Shown: positions 51,801 through 61,358 of the stretch, one piece after another
Position numbering within the stretch: position 1 is the stretch's first letter
Layout: the number at the start of each line of letters is the position of its first letter
DNA from: Planctomycetota bacterium
GTDB lineage: Bacteria; Planctomycetota; GCA-002687715; CAIWVZ01
Direction of reading: 5' to 3'
NCBI GenBank assembly: GCA_044222185.1
Contig: JBGANV010000003.1
Span: 192,001 to 256,000 of the forward strand
DNA length: 64,000 nt
Made by a program: the position numbers and the translations under genes
The notes under the pieces: model-generated
Database searches by the model: none
Seen by the model: the letters and a program-made list of their open reading frames with translations, nothing else
Told to the model about the DNA's origin: nothing

Positions 51801-52110
51801 CGACACCCCGCGGCAGAACCTTGAGGGCGACCTGGCGCCGGAGCGACGAGTCCTCGGCGAGGTAGACGGTGCCCATCCCGCCCGAGCCCAGCTCGCGAAT
51901 CACCCGATAGGGTCCGATGACGACCGGCGCCGGTCCCCGATCGCCGTGGGGCGGTGCGCCCGTGATCTCCGTCGCTGGCGTGGATGCGTCCGCAGGAGTC
52001 GGCGCGTCGACACCCGAGGGGCGCACGACGAGCGTCGGCTCGGCCTGCGAAGGCGACGAGGCGGGCGGCTTTGCGCCGGGGGTGTCCGGGGTTTTCGGAT
52101 CGGGCGCCAT
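48892..52110 (-). CDS. Membrane Ser/Thr protein kinase with C-terminal TPR repeats
   Basis: LGSGGMGTVY, VALK, HCDLKPTN, DFG, GTPQYMAPEQ; TM segment AALAVVLAIGLP; many TPRs. Confidence 0.95.
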   Translation of the reverse strand: MAPDPKTPDTPGAKPPASSPSQAEPTLVVRPSGVDAPTPADASTPATEITGAPPHGDRGPAPVVIGPYRVIRELGSGGMGTVYLAEDSSLRRQVALKVLPRGVAADPEMRLRFQREAEVASRLDHPNLCGVLATGEWDGQLWIAMRFVPGRTLRDEMAAAHESSDTAGASARSEAGRESWRRPVERIETLARAVHAAHEAGVVHCDLKPTNVMVTPDGTPVVLDFGLAHDLRDAVGASLTRTGQVLGTPQYMAPEQIRGGGLRSDRRIDVWALGVMLYEGIAGRHPFTAPTRDALYQQILTEDPAPVNRIVRRLPRDLAVVVATALEKSPARRYATAGALADDLRAVLEIRPIVARAPSVFSQIAKFVRRRPAVAALAVVLAIGLPTVAGLVTQQVMDMRRLLEITGRRFVEAELAIARRDPSAARGVLRLAAEVSEVSEGHIEFPMIQQQIVRLEAEIDAETLALDVDSDPDGRLATNALKTILDADPTNLRAAILLIGVHVRSGRTDLARSVVDDFSRRVPDDSWTAIAALIDGSESRPESRAESRPRTAGPDPMGFASEFDLAQALLLSARGRHLEALQRLESAMEREELAPGLAWFAAEEASRLQDYRAALAFAGRFRATTAISTPARLGRYSVHLRRAGLLAEAERAAVEAEAMARDRGPREWAVTLAQLAAVRADQSRRGEAIALLQHAIEIQPDFPEAWSSLGTVFVEERRYADAEAACRRAIELAPKQFDARVNLGAALIRLFRDADARDVLTEAVALRPDSPIAWSMLGNARRNLKDFDGARTAAERALELKPHFPDALVILGSLHHALGEREAAERRYAEALESNPRLEPALFNLALLLMPTDPSRSIAFYKRVLEVHPGRADALFNMSTLLDATGQTSEAVAAAEQATVADPNDPRSWNALGSAHAHRDEADEAAAAYLRAVTCPRPLPESHLNLMFVLGSSDPVTAWVHGRQAFAMREGFATEYRSDFDGAKAGALAAAPGHPCVIADSALAPGLSDATRTERIRAALAALRPIAAGVAADTDFLIHRFVMDDLRSAARLVSDAAVLREVEAAPSTESRR

Positions 52111-52221
52111 GGGATCGAGTCCACTCGAAGCATGGGGACTCTACCCTGCATCGCGCGCCCGGGAGGGGCGCGCCGCATGGCGCCGCGATCGACCCGGTGC
52201 GCCCGGGCCGTCGCAAATCGA

Positions 52222-53964
52222 TCAGCCCAGGCGCTTCACGAGGGCGTCGCGCTGGCGCTTCATCTCTTCCGGGAGGCGCGGCTCGAGCTTGGTGAAGAAC
52301 TCGCTGATGCTCGCGGCCTCGGCCTTCCAGTCGTTGCGATCGATCGTGAGGAGTTCATCCATCGCCGCCGGATCGAGCGAGAGTCCCGTCGTGTCGATGG
52401 CGCCCTTGGCGGGAAGGAGGCCGATGGGGGTTTCCACCGCAGCGCCCTGTCCCTTGCATCGCTCGAGCACCCACCGAAGGACGCGCATGTTCTCGCCGAA
52501 GCCTGGCCAGAGGAACTTGCCCGCGGCGTTCTGGCGGAACCAATTCACGTGGAAGATCTTGGGCGGATTCTTCACCGCCGTGCCCATCTTCACCCAGTGC
52601 GCGAGGTAATCGCCCATGTGGTAGCCGCAGAACGGCAGCATGGCCATGGGATCACGACGCACGACGCCGACGGCACCCGACTGGGCGGCCGTGGTCTCGG
52701 ATGCGACCGACGCACCGACGAACACGCCGTGATTCCAGTCGAACGACTGGAGCACGAGCGGTGCCGTGCGGGCGCGACGCCCACCGAACACGATCGCCGA
52801 GATGGGCACGCCCTGCGGATCGTTGAAGTGCGGCGAGATCGACGGGCACTGGGCAGCCGGCGCCGTGAAGCGCGAGTTCGGGTGCGCAGCCTTCTCCGTC
52901 GACCCCTTCTTCCACGGTTGCCCGCGCCAGTCGGTGAGTGTCTCCGGCACGTCGCCGTCGATCCCTTCCCACCAGGGGCAGTTGTCCGCCGTGAGGGCCA
53001 CGTTGGTGAAGATCGAGTTCTTCTTCACCGTCGCCATGGCGTTGGCGTTGGTCTTGCTGGACGTTCCCGGCGCGACGCCGAAGAAGCCAGCCTCGGGATT
53101 GATCGCCCAAAGCCGACCGTCCGGCCCCTGCTTCATCCAGGCGATGTCGTCGCCAACGGTCCACACCTTCCAGCCTGCCTGCGAAGCCGGGGGGATCAGC
53201 ATGGCCAGGTTCGTCTTCCCACACGCACTCGGGAATGCCGCTGCGACGTAGGTGGTCTCGCCCTGCGGGCTCTGGATCCCCAGGATCAGCATGTGCTCGG
53301 CGAGCCAGCCCTCGTCGCGGCCCTGAACGCCCGCGATGCGCAGCGCGAAGCACTTCTTGCCGAGGAGGGCGTTGCCGCCGTAGCCCGAGCCGACGCTCCA
53401 GATGAGCTTCTCTTCCGGGAAATGGAGGATGAAGCGGCGGTCGGGATTCAGGTCGCCGAGCGAGTGGAGGCCCTTCACGAAGTCCGCGCTCTGCCCCAGC
53501 TGCTTCAGCGCCGGCTCGCCGATGCGCGCCATGATCCGCATGTTCGCGACCACGTACGCGGAGTCGGTCAACTCCACGCCCACCTTGCTGATGGGCGAAC
53601 CGAGGGGCCCCATGACGTACGGGATCACGTACATCGTCCGGCCCTTCATGGCACCGGCGAACAACGCCCCGACCTTGGCCTTCGCCTCGTTGGGCTCCAT
53701 CCAGTTGTTCGTGGGGCCGGCGTCGTCCTTCTTCTTCGAGCAGATGAATGTCAGGTGCTCGGTCCGCGCCACGTCGCTGGGGTCGCTGCGATGGAAGTAC
53801 GAGTTCGGGTACTTCTCCTCGTTCAGCCGTTTGAGAACGCCCTTCTCGGTCATCTCGGTGATCAACCGGGAGTTCTCGGCTTCCGAGCCGTCACACCAGT
53901 GGATCCGATCGGGCTTCGTCAAAGCGGCGACTTCGTCGACCCAGGCCTTGAGCGCTGTGTTCAC
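52222..53964 (-). CDS. pckG: Phosphoenolpyruvate carboxykinase (GTP)
   Basis: [50 protein letters not shown]. Confidence 0.98.
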   Translation of the reverse strand: MNTALKAWVDEVAALTKPDRIHWCDGSEAENSRLITEMTEKGVLKRLNEEKYPNSYFHRSDPSDVARTEHLTFICSKKKDDAGPTNNWMEPNEAKAKVGALFAGAMKGRTMYVIPYVMGPLGSPISKVGVELTDSAYVVANMRIMARIGEPALKQLGQSADFVKGLHSLGDLNPDRRFILHFPEEKLIWSVGSGYGGNALLGKKCFALRIAGVQGRDEGWLAEHMLILGIQSPQGETTYVAAAFPSACGKTNLAMLIPPASQAGWKVWTVGDDIAWMKQGPDGRLWAINPEAGFFGVAPGTSSKTNANAMATVKKNSIFTNVALTADNCPWWEGIDGDVPETLTDWRGQPWKKGSTEKAAHPNSRFTAPAAQCPSISPHFNDPQGVPISAIVFGGRRARTAPLVLQSFDWNHGVFVGASVASETTAAQSGAVGVVRRDPMAMLPFCGYHMGDYLAHWVKMGTAVKNPPKIFHVNWFRQNAAGKFLWPGFGENMRVLRWVLERCKGQGAAVETPIGLLPAKGAIDTTGLSLDPAAMDELLTIDRNDWKAEAASISEFFTKLEPRLPEEMKRQRDALVKRLG

Positions 53965-54214
53965 GACAACCTCGTGGGAGAAGGAGACAGGTCCGTCGGG
54001 CTTGACCTGGACAACCGAGTCACGGCCGGGAGACGGGTTCTTGAAAGGTGAATCGCGGCAAAAAAACTCGGCGCATTGTAGTGCGGCGAGGGGCGCGCAC
54101 CAGACGGGTGCGGACCCTCATGGAATCACCGCGCCCCGCCGTGCGTTTTCCCGTAGAATCCCGGCCTCGTTTGACGCCCCCCCGTCCCGCTCGAAGGAAC
54201 AAGAGATCGCACAC

Positions 54215-54841
54215 ATGTCCGAGCCTCAAAATCCCGTCGACCCCGGTCGCGTATCGCGCCGCGGGTTCCTGAAGATCGGTGGCATCACGGTCGCGGCAAC
54301 GGCGGTGCTCGATGGCGCCGCACTCGGCCGCGATGCACGGCGCGAGGACCCACCCATCCTGAAGGGTGAGACCAAGGTCACGTTCACGCTGAACGGGGCG
54401 GAGACGACCGCCGTCGTCGGCACGGGCGTGACGCTCCTCGAGCTGCTCCGCGACCAGCTCGATCTCACAGGTACGAAGATGGTGTGCGATCGCGGCGCGT
54501 GCGGCGCCTGCACGGTCCACCTCGACGGCAAGACGGTCAACTCCTGCCTGCTCCTGGCGGTGGATGCCGCCGGCCGGAAGGTCGACACCGTGGAGGGTCT
54601 GGCCAAGGGCGACAAGCTGCACCCGATCCAGCAGGGGTTCGTCGAAGAGGACGGCCTGCAATGCGGGTTCTGCACGCCGGGCATGCTGATGTCCTGCAAG
54701 TCGCTCCTGGACCGCAACCCGTCGCCGACGCGTGCCGATTGCGCCGAGGCAATCTCGGGCAACATCTGCCGCTGCGGCACCTACTTCAACATCTTCCGCG
54801 CCGTCGACCGGGCCGCGCAGCTCCAAAAGGGAGGGAAGTGA
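54215..54841 (+). CDS. Xanthine-dehydrogenase-family 2x[2Fe-2S] subunit with Tat signal (PaoA/YagT-like)
   Basis: SRRGFLK twin-arginine motif; CDRGACGAC...C; QCGFC...CRC. Confidence 0.95.
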   Translation: MSEPQNPVDPGRVSRRGFLKIGGITVAATAVLDGAALGRDARREDPPILKGETKVTFTLNGAETTAVVGTGVTLLELLRDQLDLTGTKMVCDRGACGACTVHLDGKTVNSCLLLAVDAAGRKVDTVEGLAKGDKLHPIQQGFVEEDGLQCGFCTPGMLMSCKSLLDRNPSPTRADCAEAISGNICRCGTYFNIFRAVDRAAQLQKGGK

Positions 54842-54842
54842 G

Positions 54843-57107
54843 ATGACGAGTCACGACCTTCCCGATCCCGTGAAGATCAAAGTCGGCATGCCCTCGGACC
54901 CCAAGGAGATCACGGTGGAGGTTCCGGCGACGGAGCCGATCCCGTGGCAGCTCGGCGAGGAACACGCGCTCGTCGGCAAGCGCACGCCGCGCATGGACGC
55001 CGTGCTGAAAGTCACGGGCAAGGCCAAGTACACGCACGACATCAACCTGCCGGGGATGCTCTACGCAGTCCTCGTCCGCAGCCCGCACGCGCGCGCGACC
55101 GTCAAATCCGTGGACGTCACGGCGGCGAAGGCCTACCCGGGAGTGAAGATCGCCCGCGAGGCGGGATCGAAGGAGGTTCGATACGCCTGGCAGCACGTGG
55201 CCGTAGTTGCGGCGGCGACGCGCCAGGCGGCGACCGAGGCCGCCCGGCTCGTGAAGGTCGAGTACGAGGTCAAACCGCACGCAGCTCGGATGGAGCAGGC
55301 ACTCGCGGACGGCGCGCCGGCGGTTCTGCGGAACGGGCCGAACAAGCGAAGCGCGTCGCGCGAGGAGACTCCGCCCGAGCGGAAGAAGGAAGTGGACGAC
55401 CTCCTGAAGTCCCTCGGCGAGGATCCCAAGGGGTCGGTGGGACGGGTCGTCTCCGCCACGGCCACGACGCAGGTCCAGACGCACAGTGCGCTCGAGACCC
55501 ACGGCCTCGTCGCGCAATGGGAAGGCGACAGCAAGTTGAAGGTCTGGGCGTCCACGCAGGGGACGTTCTCCGTTCGCGGTGAGCTGGCGGGTCACTTCAA
55601 ACTCAAGGAGTCGGACGTCACCGTCATCGCGCACTTCATGGGTGGCGGTTTCGGCGCGAAGTTCGGAGCCGACTACTTCGGAATCCTCGCAGCCGAGCTC
55701 GCGAAGGAGGCAGGCGCGCCCGTCAAGCTGATGCTCGATCGCAAGGGCGAGCACACGTCCGTGGGAAATCGACCGAACTCGGTCCAGGAGATGACGGTGG
55801 GCGTCAAGGCGGACGGCACGATCGCCGCCTACCGGCTGAACCTCATGGGCACCGGTGGGATCGCCGGCGGCGCCGGTGCGGCGAATCCGCTGATCTACAA
55901 CTTCGGCGTCGTCGATCGGTCTGCGTACGAAGTGGCGACGAACGCCGGGCCCGCCGCCGCGTTCCGGGCACCGGGCCACCCGCAGGGGTCCTTCGGCGTC
56001 GAGACGATCATCGACCTCGCCGCCGAGGCCATCGGCATGGACCCCCTCGAGTTCCGGATGAAGAACGACCCGTTCCCCATCCGCCAGCTCCAGTACAAGG
56101 AAGGCGCCAAGCTGATCGGCTGGGACAAGCGCCAGAAGAACGGGAGCGGATCGGGTCCCATTCGTCGAGGACTGGGCGTCGCCGCGGCGCGCTGGTTCCA
56201 ACTCGGTGGCCGTGGCGCCCGTGTGCTGTGCCGGATCCACAAGGACGGGTCCGTCGAGGTCCGCAACGGTTGCCAGGACATCGGCACCGGCACGCGAACC
56301 ATCATGGCGATGGTGACGGCCGAGGAGCTCGGCGTGCCGCTCGCCGCCGTGACGCCGTTCATCGGCGACACGAACGATCCGGTGGGCCCGGCGTCCGGTG
56401 GAAGCACGACGGCCCCGACGCTCATGCCGGCCGTGCGTACGGCGGCGTACCTCGTGGGTATCGAGCTCAAGAAGGTCGTCGCCGAGCAATGGAAGTGCAA
56501 GCCGGAGGAGATCGCGCTCGCCGGCGGCAAGGTCCAGCACAAGACCGACGCGTCGAAGTCGGTGGCGTGGAAGGATGCGTGCGCCATGATTCCCGGCGAC
56601 GATCTCTCCGCGCAGGGCGAGCGCTCGCGGAACTTCGCGACGTACAAGGACAGCATCGGTGGCGTGCAGTTCGCCGAAGTGGAGGTGGACGTCGAGACGG
56701 GCCAGATCCGCGTCACGCGCTTCGTCGCCATGCAGGACTGCGGGACGGTCGTGAATCCGCTGCTCGCCGAGAGCCAGGTCAACGGCGCCGTGATCCAGGG
56801 CATCTCCTACGCGCTGTTCGAAGAACGTCACCTCGATCGCCAGGTCGGACAAATGGTCAACGCCGACATGGAGATGTACAAGATCGCGGGCGCGAAGGAC
56901 ATGCCGGAGTTGAAGGTCGTCCTGACGGAAGTCGTGAACGGCGGCAACAACGTGGGCCTCGCAGGACTGGGCGAAGCGCCGGCGGTTCCCGTGGCCGCGG
57001 CGATCGCCGGCGCGGTGCACAACGCCATCGGCGTGCGCGTGCTCTCGCTGCCGATGACGCCGGACAAGGTGCTCACCGCACTCGAGGCGAAGGAGAAGGG
57101 CAAATGA
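54843..57107 (+). CDS. Xanthine-dehydrogenase-family molybdopterin-binding subunit (PaoC-like)
   Basis: KVTGKAKY, GGGFGAK, FRAPGHPQ, QDIGTG, SGGS, GLGE. Confidence 0.95.
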   Translation: MTSHDLPDPVKIKVGMPSDPKEITVEVPATEPIPWQLGEEHALVGKRTPRMDAVLKVTGKAKYTHDINLPGMLYAVLVRSPHARATVKSVDVTAAKAYPGVKIAREAGSKEVRYAWQHVAVVAAATRQAATEAARLVKVEYEVKPHAARMEQALADGAPAVLRNGPNKRSASREETPPERKKEVDDLLKSLGEDPKGSVGRVVSATATTQVQTHSALETHGLVAQWEGDSKLKVWASTQGTFSVRGELAGHFKLKESDVTVIAHFMGGGFGAKFGADYFGILAAELAKEAGAPVKLMLDRKGEHTSVGNRPNSVQEMTVGVKADGTIAAYRLNLMGTGGIAGGAGAANPLIYNFGVVDRSAYEVATNAGPAAAFRAPGHPQGSFGVETIIDLAAEAIGMDPLEFRMKNDPFPIRQLQYKEGAKLIGWDKRQKNGSGSGPIRRGLGVAAARWFQLGGRGARVLCRIHKDGSVEVRNGCQDIGTGTRTIMAMVTAEELGVPLAAVTPFIGDTNDPVGPASGGSTTAPTLMPAVRTAAYLVGIELKKVVAEQWKCKPEEIALAGGKVQHKTDASKSVAWKDACAMIPGDDLSAQGERSRNFATYKDSIGGVQFAEVEVDVETGQIRVTRFVAMQDCGTVVNPLLAESQVNGAVIQGISYALFEERHLDRQVGQMVNADMEMYKIAGAKDMPELKVVLTEVVNGGNNVGLAGLGEAPAVPVAAAIAGAVHNAIGVRVLSLPMTPDKVLTALEAKEKGK

Positions 57108-58105
57108 AGAACCACGACTACGTCCTCCCCCGATCCGCCGACGAGGCGGCTCAATGGTCGGCGAAGGCCGGCGCCGCGGTGAAGGGTGCGGGCACGGACC
57201 TCGTCGATCGCCTGAAGGAAGGCGTCGCCGACCCCTCCATGATCATCAACCTGCTCTCCGTGAAGGAGCTGGCTGGGATCCGCGAGGAAGGCGACACGAT
57301 CTGGATCGGCGCGACGACGACGCTCGCCGACATCGCGTCGAGCGAGCTTCTGCGGCGCGTGGCGCCAGGCCTGTGCGAGGCGGCCGAGCAGGCCGCCACG
57401 CCGCAGATCCGCAACCGCGGGACGCTTGGGGGAAACCTCTGCCAGCGTCCGCGCTGCTGGTACTTCCGCAACGACACCTACAAGTGCAGCAAGAAGGGCG
57501 GAGACACCTGCTACAGCATCGAGGGTGAGAACAAGTACCACGCGATCTTCGAGAACGTGACCTGCAACATCGTGCACCCGAGCAACATGGCGCCGCCGTT
57601 GTGGTCGCTCGACGCGGTGATCCACGTCGCCGACGCCGCGGCCGGTGCCGTGCAGAAGAAGGACGTGAAGGTCGCCGACTTCTGGGTCCGCCCCGAGGAG
57701 GACATCTCCCGAGAGAACGTGCTGAAGCCCGGCCAGATCATCACGGGAGTGAGTTTCCAGAAGCCCGCTGCGGGAAGCGGTTCGGCGTACCTCGAGACCC
57801 GGGAGAAGGAGTCCTTCGACTGGGCGCTCACCGCCTGCGCAGCCAGGGTCACCATCGACGGAGGCAAGATCACCGACGCGCGCGTCGTCATCTCAGCGGT
57901 GGCGCCGATCCCCATGCGCCTCGCCACCGTCGAGGAGATGTTGAAGGGCAAGGCGTTCACCGAGGATCTGGCACGCGCTGCCGGACAGAAGTCCGTCGAG
58001 GGTGCGACCCCCATGCGGGACAACGGCTACAAGACGAAGCTCCTCGCCGTCAACGTGGCCCGCGCGTTGAAGTCCGCCGCTGCGCGCGCAGGAGGTGCCA
58101 AATGA
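57104..58105 (+). CDS. Xanthine-dehydrogenase-family FAD subunit with [4Fe-4S]-type Cys insert (PaoB-like)
   Basis: GAGTDL, TPQIRNRGTLGGNLCQRPRCWYFR...CSKKGGDTC...C, NGYK. Confidence 0.95.
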   Translation: MKNHDYVLPRSADEAAQWSAKAGAAVKGAGTDLVDRLKEGVADPSMIINLLSVKELAGIREEGDTIWIGATTTLADIASSELLRRVAPGLCEAAEQAATPQIRNRGTLGGNLCQRPRCWYFRNDTYKCSKKGGDTCYSIEGENKYHAIFENVTCNIVHPSNMAPPLWSLDAVIHVADAAAGAVQKKDVKVADFWVRPEEDISRENVLKPGQIITGVSFQKPAAGSGSAYLETREKESFDWALTACAARVTIDGGKITDARVVISAVAPIPMRLATVEEMLKGKAFTEDLARAAGQKSVEGATPMRDNGYKTKLLAVNVARALKSAAARAGGAK

Positions 58106-58374
58106 ACTCACCGGAACCGACGTCGGGGCCCGCGCACGGCGACATCCCCATGCCCGTGCGCTCGCTCGGCGCGCACGTCTGCCCGAAACTCCGCACGAAG
58201 ACCATGTACCTGAACATCGAGCACCGGCGCGCCGCCGACGAGCCGGAGAGTTTCGGAACGGCAGTGTTCCGCTGCCTGAAGACCATGTCACCGCTCGGGC
58301 CTGACGAGGCGCCGGCCTCGCCGGAAGACTGCGTACGCGGTCGCGGTTGCTGCGACCTGCCGCCGCTCGCCTGA
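58102..58374 (+). CDS. Small Cys-rich hypothetical protein, fourth gene of the molybdoenzyme operon
   Basis: GGAGG RBS, ATGA overlap with the FAD-subunit stop; CPKLRTKTMY...FRCLKT...GPD...C..GRGCC. Confidence 0.8.
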   Translation: MNSPEPTSGPAHGDIPMPVRSLGAHVCPKLRTKTMYLNIEHRRAADEPESFGTAVFRCLKTMSPLGPDEAPASPEDCVRGRGCCDLPPLA

Positions 58375-58385
58375 TCTCCCTCCCC

Positions 58386-58421
58386 CGCGGCGCCGCGCCC
58401 CTCGTCGCGAGGCGGCGCCGC
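58386..58421. terminator. GC-rich hairpin between convergent genes
   Basis: GCGGCGCCGC...GCGGCGCCGC self-complementary arms; no U-tract. Confidence 0.35.
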
Positions 58422-58422
58422 T

Positions 58423-61257
58423 TCAGTTGCTGCCGGGCGCGAGGATCTCGGCCTTGCGGATGAGGATGTCGGTCTTGGGCAGATGCTGCAGCTTGCCGAC
58501 GGAACGCACCTCGCCTGCCGCAATCTGGGTCACGACGGCCTCGCTCTCACCCGCGACGCGCCCGAAGACCGTCGACGTGATCGCCGAGAGTGTCACCTTC
58601 TCCTGAAGGTAGATCATGAGCTCGGCGCTCCCGACCATCGCCACGGTGAAGCGCGCGTTCTTTTGCCGCTTCGTCCCCTGCGTTTCGGCGGCAGGGGTCC
58701 CAGCGGCGACCTTCTTGGGCTCGCCGCGCGTGGTGAGGATCCCGCCGCGAATCGATTGATCGCGCTTCACCTCGTGGAGGATCGTCCCGTCGTAATCGCC
58801 GGCCTTCACGTGATCGAGAAATGCCTCGACGACGATCGGCGCCCACGTCGGCTCGACTTCGATGACGACGCTGCCGACGTTCGTCGTGAGCTTCACCCTG
58901 GGTCTCATCGCCGACCGGTCGACGACGAACACCCTCTCCGGTACGGGCTGGACCAGCTTGCGATTCAGCGCGTCGACGACCAGCAGTTCGGCCGTCATGT
59001 CCACGCCGGCCGGCAGGAGCGTCCCGGGGATGGTGGTGGTGAGGAGCGCCGCATCCGCGGGACGCGACGTCGCGAAGATCGAATCCGCGCGGAGCGGGAG
59101 CCACGAACAGAGGGCCGCGCCATCCTTCGACACGAAGCGCAGGCTCCACGCAAGCTGGAGCGTCGGCATCTCGTTGCGGAAGGTCACGACGTTCGCATCA
59201 CCTTTCAGGACGGATTTCTCGTTGGGGAGGAACTTCGTCTGCCCGCTCACGAGCCACGGAGTGGCCCAGGCCGGCGGGAGCGTGCGCGAGATCGTGATCG
59301 TGCGGCGCGCGAGAGTATCGCTGGCACGACGCAGCTGGATGTCGACCGGGACCTCGAGCACGTTGGTCGGTACCGGGAGCGTGAGCTCCTGGACGCTCCT
59401 CGACGATGCGTACGTCTCTTCGTCCCCCGTCCCGACGCGAACGGTCACGACCGCGTCGGCGGCCTCCTGGTCCCGCTCGATCTCCAGGGCGACTTCGCGC
59501 ACCGCATCGGGGATCGCGATCTGCTGATCCGCCGCGACCCACGCAATCTTGCCCGGCGCCGTCGACCACGCGATGGCCGGCCGCAGGCCCGCCGGCTTCG
59601 GCGGTCGGGATTCGGTGGGGCGACTGCCCGTACGGCTGGCCGGCTGCGCGATGCGCGCTTCGAACCGGCGTTCGGTCGCGTTTCCGGCCCCATCGCGCGC
59701 GCGCAACGTCCGGGTCCACCGCTCCGCGCCCGCGATGTCGATCGTCACCGGGCCGTCCACTCCCAACCGCATCGTCGATCCGTCGCCCGCCACGTCCTCG
59801 ATGACGACCGGAGTCGTCGGATCGCTCGCCGTGACTGAGAGGGTCGTGCCGGGCTCGACCTCCACGACCTCGTCCCGCAGCCACTCCCGAGTGACTGCGC
59901 CGGACACGAGTCGCGCGGAGATCCGGGGAGGAGTCCAGTCGAACACGAGCTGGGCTGCGGTCCCCGCAAAGGGCACGCGCGTGCCGTTCGCGAGACAGGC
60001 CAGCGAGGCACGCATGCCCTCACGCTGCTTTTCCAGGGGAATCGCCAGGAGCGCTTCGAAGAGGTCACCCGCTGGATTCAACGCCATGCGCGCGACGTCA
60101 GAGCCGTCACCGCCGACGAGCACGAGCTCGCACGTCACGCCCCTGGGCAAGCCGTCGAGCACGACGCCGAGCGTGGTCTGGAAGCCAGGCACTGGAACCT
60201 CGGGCTCGGCGCCGGAGATCACGCGCCCGCCGACCCGACGGAGTACGGGGCGCAGGCCGGAGACGTCCGCCTTGCCGTCGAACCAATGCCAGGGCCGCGC
60301 GATGACGACGATCAGCGCGAGGACGGACGTGATCGCGAGCATTCGAGAGCGGAGCTTCCGTGATCGCTCGTTGCGTCGCGCCACGTCCAACGCCGATTCC
60401 AATCGCTGTCGCAGATCCTCCACCGATTGCGGACGCTTGTGGGGGTCCTTCTCCAGGCACTCGAGGACGATGGCCTCCAGAGCGGGGGGGATGTCCGGGT
60501 TGAGCTTCGTCGGCGCGATCGGGCTGCCGTGCACGACCTGGTACGTGACGGACGCGAGGCTCTGCCCACGGAACGGGCGTTCGCGGGTCAGCGCCGCGTA
60601 GAGAATCGTGCCGAGGGCCCACACGTCGATCAGGTGTTCCTTCACGATCAACTGGGGCTCGAACTGCTCGGGCGCCATGTACGAAGGCGTGCCCGGGGAC
60701 GTGGTCCCGCCCGTGAGCGTGGTGTCGTCCTGATGCTTGGAGATGCCGAAGTCCAGGATGAGCGGCTCACCGTCTTCGCGAACGAGGATGTTCTGCGGCT
60801 TCAGGTCGCGATGGACCATGCCGTTGCGGTGCGCGTGCGCCACACCCTCGCAGACCTTCATCACGAGGTCCACGATGGCGCGGATCCGCTGGGGCTCGGC
60901 CAGTGAACCCACTTCCCCGAGCCACCGGGTGAATTCGCGACCCGGGACGTACTCCATCACGAAGTACGGGTGCCCTTCGTGCTCGCCGGCGTAGAGGACC
61001 TGGACGATGTTCGGGTGCCGGAGCTTCCCGAGGTTCTTCACCTCGCGCTTGAACCGGTCGATCATCTCGATCCCCGCCCCGTGGGTATCGAGGATGACCT
61101 TCAGTGCGACCTGGCGATCACCGATCGCCGTATCCTCGCACAAGAAGACCGCTCCCATTCCGCCGCGCCCGATCTCGCGCAGGATGCGATAGGGACCGAC
61201 CATCTGGCCCGGTACGAAGGCAGCGATCGGCGGAACGTTCCTCAGCGTGTCGTCCAT
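58423..61257 (-). CDS. Membrane Ser/Thr kinase with a C-terminal degenerate cyclophilin-like domain
   Basis: IGRGGMGAV, HRDLKPQN, DFG, GTPSYMAPE; TM segment; C-terminal VKLTTNVGSVVIEV...AP..VEAFL..V..GDYDGT..H...VFGRV. Confidence 0.92.
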   Translation of the reverse strand: MDDTLRNVPPIAAFVPGQMVGPYRILREIGRGGMGAVFLCEDTAIGDRQVALKVILDTHGAGIEMIDRFKREVKNLGKLRHPNIVQVLYAGEHEGHPYFVMEYVPGREFTRWLGEVGSLAEPQRIRAIVDLVMKVCEGVAHAHRNGMVHRDLKPQNILVREDGEPLILDFGISKHQDDTTLTGGTTSPGTPSYMAPEQFEPQLIVKEHLIDVWALGTILYAALTRERPFRGQSLASVTYQVVHGSPIAPTKLNPDIPPALEAIVLECLEKDPHKRPQSVEDLRQRLESALDVARRNERSRKLRSRMLAITSVLALIVVIARPWHWFDGKADVSGLRPVLRRVGGRVISGAEPEVPVPGFQTTLGVVLDGLPRGVTCELVLVGGDGSDVARMALNPAGDLFEALLAIPLEKQREGMRASLACLANGTRVPFAGTAAQLVFDWTPPRISARLVSGAVTREWLRDEVVEVEPGTTLSVTASDPTTPVVIEDVAGDGSTMRLGVDGPVTIDIAGAERWTRTLRARDGAGNATERRFEARIAQPASRTGSRPTESRPPKPAGLRPAIAWSTAPGKIAWVAADQQIAIPDAVREVALEIERDQEAADAVVTVRVGTGDEETYASSRSVQELTLPVPTNVLEVPVDIQLRRASDTLARRTITISRTLPPAWATPWLVSGQTKFLPNEKSVLKGDANVVTFRNEMPTLQLAWSLRFVSKDGAALCSWLPLRADSIFATSRPADAALLTTTIPGTLLPAGVDMTAELLVVDALNRKLVQPVPERVFVVDRSAMRPRVKLTTNVGSVVIEVEPTWAPIVVEAFLDHVKAGDYDGTILHEVKRDQSIRGGILTTRGEPKKVAAGTPAAETQGTKRQKNARFTVAMVGSAELMIYLQEKVTLSAITSTVFGRVAGESEAVVTQIAAGEVRSVGKLQHLPKTDILIRKAEILAPGSN

Positions 61258-61358
61258 GCGAGCGACGCCGGCCTGCGGCGCGCGCGGATGGTAGCAGCCA
61301 CCTCCACCGGCCGAATCGCATGGGCGGCGTGCCGATCAGTCACACCGCGCGCGGCGGA

